The notes beneath the pieces are model-generated. The model had not been told where the DNA came from. It was given only the letters and a program-made list of their open reading frames with translations, and ran no database searches. This document shows positions 58,014-64,000 of a stretch of 64,000 bases of DNA, piece after piece (position 1 is the first letter of the stretch; each line of letters begins with the position of its first letter). Position numbers and translations under genes: made by a program. This stretch comes from Minisyncoccota bacterium (GTDB taxonomy: Bacteria; Patescibacteriota; Minisyncoccia; Phycocordibacterales; UBA918): the NCBI GenBank assembly GCA_040879435.1, contig JBBDKG010000010.1:2019-66018 (forward strand). The letters run 5' to 3'.

Positions 58014-60716
58014 TCACTCCACCCGCACCGTGAACCGTACATTACGCACCTCCCCTTCGTGTTTGAACTCACCAAAGACCGTATAGAGACCCTCCGAAGG
58101 AAATACAGGGTGCGCCTCCACACTCGGACCGAACTGAAGCGGTGGCGGTGCGTGGTTGTGACCACCGCCATCAGTTGATTGCTGTAGTTCACCAGGACGA
58201 TGGACCTCGCCATGTGTATGAATGAACTCAGACAGATCGTGCTTCACGACCGCAAGATGCATGGCGGCGGCGAGATATGGCTCGAGATCATAGACCGGTT
58301 TTCCGTCCTTGGTGAAATCAAAGAGAAGTGTAGCCTCCTCATTTACGAACGGCTGACTGTATGAGAGTCCGACCTCATACGGCCCAACGGTGTACGGCGA
58401 ATCATAGAGGCGTGGCGTCTCCTCTTGTTCTGGTCCACCGGACACCTCCACCAGGAAGTGCCGGGACTCCGCAGTGAGTCCGTGAAGATAATCAATTGCC
58501 ACGATGTATGTTCCCGCTTCGGGGAATGTATGCGCGATACTAAACTGTGCCCCCGGTACGTCCGCTACTCCATCATCCTCAGGGTGAATGTGCGCGAAAT
58601 AGTCCATGTCCTTCCCTACGATGACCATATGCAGGAACTTATCGTGTGCAAGCGAGAGAACGGCCGGTGTGCCATCATCTTCTGTGATCGCCACCAGAAG
58701 CTCGGTCGGAACACCGGCAGTGATCTCATCAGTATTGAACGAGACATCCGCCGCACCGAGCGAGCGCAGGTATGTATACTCCCGTACATCAGCGAATTGA
58801 TACTGACTCCCCGAGAGCATACATCCCTCCTGCGCGGTCTGCGACACGATCCTGCCTGCTTTTGTGGGTTGCATCAGGTGCCAGTAGTTTCCGTCCGCCT
58901 CACACTGCTGTTTGAACTCATTCCCCCATACAACACTCGCCCACCCTGCGAGCACGAACACAACAGCGATCGTGAGCAGAAAGAGCGGTATAGCCACGAA
59001 TGGTGCGTTCTGGAGTGGCAGCGAGACAGCACTGAACGATCGGCACAGATACACAAGCAACACGCCCGCAGCTACCCCAAAGAGTGCCAGCGCAAACATA
59101 AGGATAGTGAACAGGTCGAACGTCCGTCCGTGTCCCTCTGGCGGCGCGAACGTATCCTCGGTGACGGCAAATGCGGCGCGGGCGTCGTATCCCGCTTCCT
59201 GCGACGCAATAACATGCACGGTGGTGTCGCGTTTGATGAGCTCAAGTGGGAATGTGTACCCATTCGCAAACCGTGTGGTGACATCAACGAGTAGACCTCC
59301 ATCCGCCTCCCCGACGATAACGGTCGGCGTGTCGCTTCCCGTCGGTACGGTGATGAGTGCCGTATCGTCCTCAAACGGCGAACTGGTGAGGGTGATATCG
59401 CCATCTGATAGCGTTTCGGCGAGTGCCGGAAGCGGTGGCGAGGTGATGATGATCTGGGACGAGAACCACACGACCAGTATTGCGCACCCCGCTTCAACAG
59501 CAATGGAGCCTTTGAACCATCGCGCAAAGAGGCGCGGGCGGAACCGATACAACGCGACGTGATACACCCTCAACCCGACCAACAACCCGGCAGATACTGC
59601 GAGCATGGTAAATACTGTTCCCCACTCGGTCGTGCGTATGTTTGAAAACGACTTCAGATGCAGCCAGATGATATAGCTTGCGGTCACCGCGACCAGAATG
59701 AAGTTAACGCTTAAGATCGCGAACGCACGAGGAATGATCTCTTTAAGAACACTCCGTCGAAGTGCGACGAGGAGTACAAGTACCAGAAGTATGCCGAGCC
59801 AGAGATCCTTTTCGATGAGATGAAGCGTATTGATGAACACCGAGAACTCAGGATGGAACGGATTTGCCGTGGCGTGACTAACGGTCGAGCGTAGGTACGC
59901 GAACACGAGCAACACACCGAACAGCACCGCATCATACCTGTTCCCGCGTGATGCAGTGAGGAACCTTCGACGGATGAACGTGAAGGTCACCGCGCCGAAC
60001 AGGACCACACCAAGCCGCGCGAGCGTCGCGCTGCCAGCCATCGTGTATGCATACATGTTCATGGCGTCGAGAAATGCGATCTCATGCAAGCCGGCGAGCT
60101 CGTAGGTCTTCCAAAAGAACTGAAGTACCCCGCCCACGAGAACCAATCCGAATCCCGCATACAGTAGCTGCGTACACAGTCGCCGCACAGGGTCCGGTTC
60201 ACGTACTTGTGCGATCACCGGTCGAATGGCGAACACGAACAACACGAGCATTCCCCATAGCAGGCTGTTCCCTAGAAACTCAATGAACATCGAGGCGATC
60301 TCCGGGTACGCAGCGATCGTAACAACGGACAGTTCTGTTGCCGTCGTCACCGGAGCACCTGAACCGACCGAGAAGGCGTACGATCCTTTTGTGAAATGGC
60401 CGTCGTCTGCGGAGACCACGCTCCACGATACGATGAAGGTACCCTCCTCAATTTGCGGGAGTGGTACAGTCAGTCGATGCGGGTCATCCGGGTCAACGGT
60501 CGCGTCGAGAGCGGTGATCTGTTGGTCGGACGCATCCACAACGCGGATATTGCTCGAACCGGATTCCAGTCGTTCACTGAACCGGATCGATACGTGTTCC
60601 GGAGCAGTATCGAGCTGCTCGCCGGACGCGGGCATCGTATCGACCGGCGTGGCGTGTGCGAACGCCACCGCAGGTATACCGGCAGCGATGATCAAAAAAA
60701 GAAGAAGCTGTTTCAT
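58014..60716 (-). CDS. CopC-CopD fusion with C-terminal tandem His-rich heavy-metal-binding/YtkA-like domains
   Basis: AFAH start, WSVVSADDGH (CopC); SHA, H..W.G, WG..F (CopD); H..FLHMVIV...FAHIHP and AAMHLAVV...FIHTH. Confidence 0.85.
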   Translation of the reverse strand: MKQLLLFLIIAAGIPAVAFAHATPVDTMPASGEQLDTAPEHVSIRFSERLESGSSNIRVVDASDQQITALDATVDPDDPHRLTVPLPQIEEGTFIVSWSVVSADDGHFTKGSYAFSVGSGAPVTTATELSVVTIAAYPEIASMFIEFLGNSLLWGMLVLFVFAIRPVIAQVREPDPVRRLCTQLLYAGFGLVLVGGVLQFFWKTYELAGLHEIAFLDAMNMYAYTMAGSATLARLGVVLFGAVTFTFIRRRFLTASRGNRYDAVLFGVLLVFAYLRSTVSHATANPFHPEFSVFINTLHLIEKDLWLGILLVLVLLVALRRSVLKEIIPRAFAILSVNFILVAVTASYIIWLHLKSFSNIRTTEWGTVFTMLAVSAGLLVGLRVYHVALYRFRPRLFARWFKGSIAVEAGCAILVVWFSSQIIITSPPLPALAETLSDGDITLTSSPFEDDTALITVPTGSDTPTVIVGEADGGLLVDVTTRFANGYTFPLELIKRDTTVHVIASQEAGYDARAAFAVTEDTFAPPEGHGRTFDLFTILMFALALFGVAAGVLLVYLCRSFSAVSLPLQNAPFVAIPLFLLTIAVVFVLAGWASVVWGNEFKQQCEADGNYWHLMQPTKAGRIVSQTAQEGCMLSGSQYQFADVREYTYLRSLGAADVSFNTDEITAGVPTELLVAITEDDGTPAVLSLAHDKFLHMVIVGKDMDYFAHIHPEDDGVADVPGAQFSIAHTFPEAGTYIVAIDYLHGLTAESRHFLVEVSGGPEQEETPRLYDSPYTVGPYEVGLSYSQPFVNEEATLLFDFTKDGKPVYDLEPYLAAAMHLAVVKHDLSEFIHTHGEVHRPGELQQSTDGGGHNHAPPPLQFGPSVEAHPVFPSEGLYTVFGEFKHEGEVRNVRFTVRVE

Positions 60717-60762
60717 ACTTGAATATACCGAAGCGATGCCCTATACGCACCGCTTCAAAAAC

Positions 60763-61449
60763 TTATGAACGACGTCGGGTAAATGCAACACCGAGCGCAA
60801 GGAGCGCAAGTCCACCGGCAACCCAGCCGATCGTGTTCTGACCCTCCTCTTTTGTGCCTGCAGAAAGAGTGACCACATCAGCAGATGGTTCCGGGAATCC
60901 CATGTCGGCCTTCGGAAGCGGACAACTGAATGCACCGCTCTTGAATGTGCGCGTGACATTCTCGCCCATCTCGACCGAGGATGTATCTTCTTCTGCTTCC
61001 GTGTGCCCCGCCGCACTACACGTGAAAGAGAGATCGATCGGCGTACCTTCAAGGGTTCCGAACACACGGTAGGTGTATGTGGTCGCGACCGTCGGGAAGA
61101 ACGGTGCCTTGTATGCACCCGGACTGTTGTATACCGGCGAGAGCGCAAGTGTCTTTGTTGCGTCACCTGCCTGAAGCTCGACCTCCAAGGTCTCTTCAAG
61201 GCCAGTGACCGCAGGTAGCGCATCTCCGTGACCGTGGTCCCCCGTAGCGGTCTCAGTGTACCGAGCAACACGGAGGTCGACACCAGTCTTATCATCAACC
61301 ACGATCGGTTCGTTGAGTGAACCGACCACGAATTGATATTCCGTGCCGTTGATAATGAATCGCTGTGTCTCGTGTGCGCTGGCCGCAAAAGGAATTGCAA
61401 CAAGCAGCATGACCGCACTCAGTACGATCGGGGTAGTGGTATATTTCAT
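60763..61449 (-). CDS. Exported hypothetical protein (AH- N-terminus, C-terminal anchor), copper-operon associated
   Basis: ASAHE, VG..NEP, PG.Y.A.F.PT...Y.Y, C-terminal TM. Confidence 0.75.
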   Translation of the reverse strand: MKYTTTPIVLSAVMLLVAIPFAASAHETQRFIINGTEYQFVVGSLNEPIVVDDKTGVDLRVARYTETATGDHGHGDALPAVTGLEETLEVELQAGDATKTLALSPVYNSPGAYKAPFFPTVATTYTYRVFGTLEGTPIDLSFTCSAAGHTEAEEDTSSVEMGENVTRTFKSGAFSCPLPKADMGFPEPSADVVTLSAGTKEEGQNTIGWVAGGLALLALGVAFTRRRS

Positions 61450-61451
61450 GC

Positions 61452-62246
61452 TTATTCGTGAATGTTGATAGTTACTTCATCAGTGATCGGTTCATCGCCG
61501 TGCGTAAGACCACTGTGGTCATTTGCGTTGAGACTAACACTGACCGTGTGTTCACCTGCGCCCAGGATCGCACTGTCGGGAATATGGAACCAATGACCAT
61601 ATACTCGTGCCAGTTTCACGCCGTCGATGTAGATGTGTGCATGACCTTCATTCTCCCTGTTGTCCTCATTCACCGTAGCAGGAGTGAACGTAAAGTGCTC
61701 TGTGTCTATCTCAAGATTCCAACCTGCCAAGGCGTCTTTATGCAGAGCGATCTCAATCTCTGGTATGAGAGGCCACTCACTTACATCGATCATGACATGA
61801 TCGTGCGAGACAGTGTCTTTTAAACTGTGCGCAAGCGCTGCAAGAGAGAGCGTACCAAAATAGCCAGTACTCGGAACATCATTTGCCGACTGCCACATGG
61901 AAAGTGCCGCGGCGGTTAGTGGACCGAAGTAGCCGGTCGGTGCTGAGATCGAAGTGAGATAACCATATGCCATCAACATGTCTTGAAGACACGCGACCTC
62001 ATCTCCACGACTTCCGACACCAAGCGTTTTGCTAATGACGCAATCAGTCGATAAAACGTGCAGGGGTCTAGAAGCAGTGACAGGGGCCACTGTGTGACCC
62101 ATAGTGTCGTCTGCTCCACGAGTGTGAACATCAGTTCCGTGTAGATCGTCTGTCGTCGCACTGTGATTCGCGAATGCAGGAAACGCACTGACAAAGAATC
62201 CAATAATGAGCGCGGTTGGTACCGCGACAAGTACTTGTGTGTACAT
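61452..62246 (-). CDS. Exported protein: peptidoglycan-binding domain fused to a His-rich metal-binding-like domain
   Basis: LGVGSRGDEV..LQ..L...GY...TGYFGPLT; EGHAHIYIDG.K..RVY, LNANDH. Confidence 0.8.
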   Translation of the reverse strand: MYTQVLVAVPTALIIGFFVSAFPAFANHSATTDDLHGTDVHTRGADDTMGHTVAPVTASRPLHVLSTDCVISKTLGVGSRGDEVACLQDMLMAYGYLTSISAPTGYFGPLTAAALSMWQSANDVPSTGYFGTLSLAALAHSLKDTVSHDHVMIDVSEWPLIPEIEIALHKDALAGWNLEIDTEHFTFTPATVNEDNRENEGHAHIYIDGVKLARVYGHWFHIPDSAILGAGEHTVSVSLNANDHSGLTHGDEPITDEVTINIHE

Positions 62247-62294
62247 AGCGTGTTGTTCTTGTTCTAGTTGTTAAACGGTCAACAAAAGGAGAGG

Positions 62295-62621
62295 TCAACC
62301 GAATTTTCGATACGGCGCGATGCCTCTTGCTAGGTATGAGCGAAATGCGTCATGCTGGAGCGGTACGGTCCGTCGTATACGGAACTGGTAGAGAAATACC
62401 ACGATCAACCCGCTACCAACACCAAGTGCCGGCACCAATACCATCTTCTTATCCTCGTGCTGGAGCGCAGCGTGAAGCGAACCCCACACGGCCGTTTCCG
62501 AACCGTTCGGCCCGTGTTCGTGCGGTATAAGGGAGTGAAGCAGGTTCCCTGAGAGGAGCGTGAAGGCAACGCTAAGTGTGAGTGTGGTCGTAAGGAGAGT
62601 GCGTACAGATACCCGATGCAT
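62295..62621 (-). CDS. Small His-containing membrane protein heading the copper operon
   Basis: Two hydrophobic segments flanking HSLIPHEH...LHAALQHEDK. Confidence 0.6.
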   Translation of the reverse strand: MHRVSVRTLLTTTLTLSVAFTLLSGNLLHSLIPHEHGPNGSETAVWGSLHAALQHEDKKMVLVPALGVGSGLIVVFLYQFRIRRTVPLQHDAFRSYLARGIAPYRKFG

Positions 62622-62663
62622 TAGGGGAAGTATACCAGAATTAGTCATCCTGCAACCGGATGT

Positions 62664-62706
62664 ATATAAAACACCGTCCGCCCCGAGGAGCGAACGGTGT
62701 TTTATA
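62664..62706. terminator. Intrinsic terminator
   Basis: tataaaacaccgt..acggtgttttata inverted repeat. Confidence 0.75.
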
Positions 62707-62719
62707 TAGGAGTTATACC

Positions 62720-62872
62720 TTACTCAGTCGGAGCACCCTCTGCAGGTGCGTCCTCTGCTGGAGCTGCTGGATCCGGCATTGGTGTTGCTGCAGGATCAGC
62801 TGCTGGAGTTTCAGGAGTGGTTGCTGGGTCAGCCTGTGGGTCCATTGGGTTTGGGTTTTGATTGTCATCCAT
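62720..62872 (-). CDS. 50-aa acidic Pro/Ala-rich protein (not in the ORF track)
   Basis: MDDNQNPNPMDPQADPATTPETPAADPAATPMPDPAAPAEDAPAEGAPTE*, followed by a terminator. Confidence 0.65.
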   Translation of the reverse strand: MDDNQNPNPMDPQADPATTPETPAADPAATPMPDPAAPAEDAPAEGAPTE

Positions 62873-63024
62873 ACGAATTGTATTTCATTAACTAGCAATG
62901 ACGAGAATCATTGTACCAATGATCGGGCTCATACAAACCCCGTATCTCAAGAAACAAGGGCATATTGTGCACCTAGGCACAAAATATCCCTAAGGTAGGC
63001 GGCTGTGCTTCTTTATCTAACAGA

Positions 63025-63053
63025 TTGACTCTCGGGTGATATCGTGATATAAT
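63025..63053 (+). promoter_or_regulatory. Sigma70-type promoter
   Basis: TTGACT-17 nt-TATAAT with extended TG. Confidence 0.75.
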
Positions 63054-63094
63054 AGCAAACAGGTAGAGTTTAGGTGTACGAGGAGAGTACCGAG

Positions 63095-63226
63095 ATGGAA
63101 ACAAAGAAATCCACGCCGATCATCCAGTACGGACTTGGTGCCGTGCTGATTGCGATAACCGTGGCCTGGTTCGACTGGGCCCTTGCCTGGAATTATCTTG
63201 AACCCATCTGGTCCATCTTCATGTAG
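63095..63226 (+). CDS. 43-aa hydrophobic Trp-rich small protein (not in the ORF track)
   Basis: METKKSTPIIQYGLGAVLIAITVAWFDWALAWNYLEPIWSIFM*; AGGAG SD, promoter, hairpin at 63238-63265. Confidence 0.7.
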   Translation: METKKSTPIIQYGLGAVLIAITVAWFDWALAWNYLEPIWSIFM

Positions 63227-63300
63227 TACCATTTGGGCGGCCGGCACAACCTGTGCCGGCCTTTCGTATATACACCTCCCTCTTTTGCTATACTCAGCCT

Positions 63301-63732
63301 ATGCAGTATCAAAAGACCGCAAATGAGTACGTGATCGTGCTTCAGCAAGGTGAGAACGTGATCGAGACCCTCACCCGCTTTTGTACAGAGGAGAACATTG
63401 AAAACGCGTACTTCCGTGCAATGGGTGCGGTTGAACACGTCTCCTGCGGATACTACGCACTCGATGAGAAGAGATACTATTTCAAGCAATACGACCAACT
63501 CCTTGAGGTCGCAAGCGCCACGGGGAATATCATGTTGAAAGAGGGTGTGCCATTTGTGCATCTTCACGCCATCTTTACCGACACAGAGAATAACGCGTTC
63601 GGTGGACACGTCGAGGAAATGCGGGTCGGTGTGACCCTAGAAGTGATCCTCACACCCCTTGCAAGTTCCCTCACCCGCGAACACGATGACAAGATCGGTC
63701 TTTTCCTTATCAGCTGTCCACAGCAAGCGTAG
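63301..63732 (+). CDS. PPC/DUF296 domain protein
   Basis: L..GE.VIE.L, AMGAV, EVAS.TGNI, VHLHA, FGGH. Confidence 0.88.
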   Translation: MQYQKTANEYVIVLQQGENVIETLTRFCTEENIENAYFRAMGAVEHVSCGYYALDEKRYYFKQYDQLLEVASATGNIMLKEGVPFVHLHAIFTDTENNAFGGHVEEMRVGVTLEVILTPLASSLTREHDDKIGLFLISCPQQA

Positions 63733-63742
63733 TATCCTCGCT

Positions 63743-64000
63743 ATGACCCGAAAACGTGTTTCTGTTCACGACCTGATGCAGTCTGGCTATACCTACGAAC
63801 TGACCGAGCCTGTAGGACGAAACTTTGACCCTGAGTTTACACCGCAACTCACACCGAAGGAGATGCTCGCACTTGGCGTGTTTGGTGGTAAGTACATGAC
63901 CGACTGTGCAAAAGAATTTCCGAAAAGCTGGTTTGCTCGCGCAAAGCTTTCGCCTGAAGGAGCAGACGCGGACGTGAACTACTTCAAAATCCACGCATCA
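63743..64000 (+). CDS. Conserved hypothetical protein, 3'-truncated
   Basis: MTRKRVSVHDLMQSGY...FDPEFTPQLTPKEMLALGVFGGKYMTDC; open to the window end. Confidence 0.7.
   Translation, partial: MTRKRVSVHDLMQSGYTYELTEPVGRNFDPEFTPQLTPKEMLALGVFGGKYMTDCAKEFPKSWFARAKLSPEGADADVNYFKIHAS

Overview
64 kb of a bacterial chromosome. The small genes, short IF2, VirB2/TrbC-like pilin cluster, degenerate HisRS paralog, apparently leaderless starts and fibre-like proteins are typical of Patescibacteria/CPR (Parcubacteria-like); this placement is inference. The housekeeping backbone includes clpB, iscS, infB-rbfA, trhO, gyrA, rpsA, pth, lepB, rpsU, ybeY, ftsA-ftsZ, a thioredoxin reductase-like gene and 6 tRNAs. 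An accessory tract of about 23 kb (25.8-48.8 kb) holds three things: (i) four paralogous Cys/His-rich exported proteins plus a cupredoxin fusion; (ii) an orphan NitT/TauT-like binding protein and permease; (iii) the best candidate for an undescribed system. That candidate consists of two pairs of PaaK-like adenylating enzymes (one full-length plus one truncated each), two paralogous membrane-anchored ORFans, small F-x-x-C-x-G-F proteins, three exported 'IDHPLDP' domain paralogs (one with 15 tandem YYQx repeats) and a 1276-aa fibre-like protein. Separately, a ~350-nt highly structured non-coding element with its own promoter and terminator lies upstream of rpsA and matches no RNA family I recognise. 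A free-standing LAGLIDADG gene sits in a tRNA cluster and a CopC/CopD copper operon lies near the right end. I saw no CRISPR array, transposase, integrase or reverse transcriptase. All calls were made by eye from motifs; no database searches were run.
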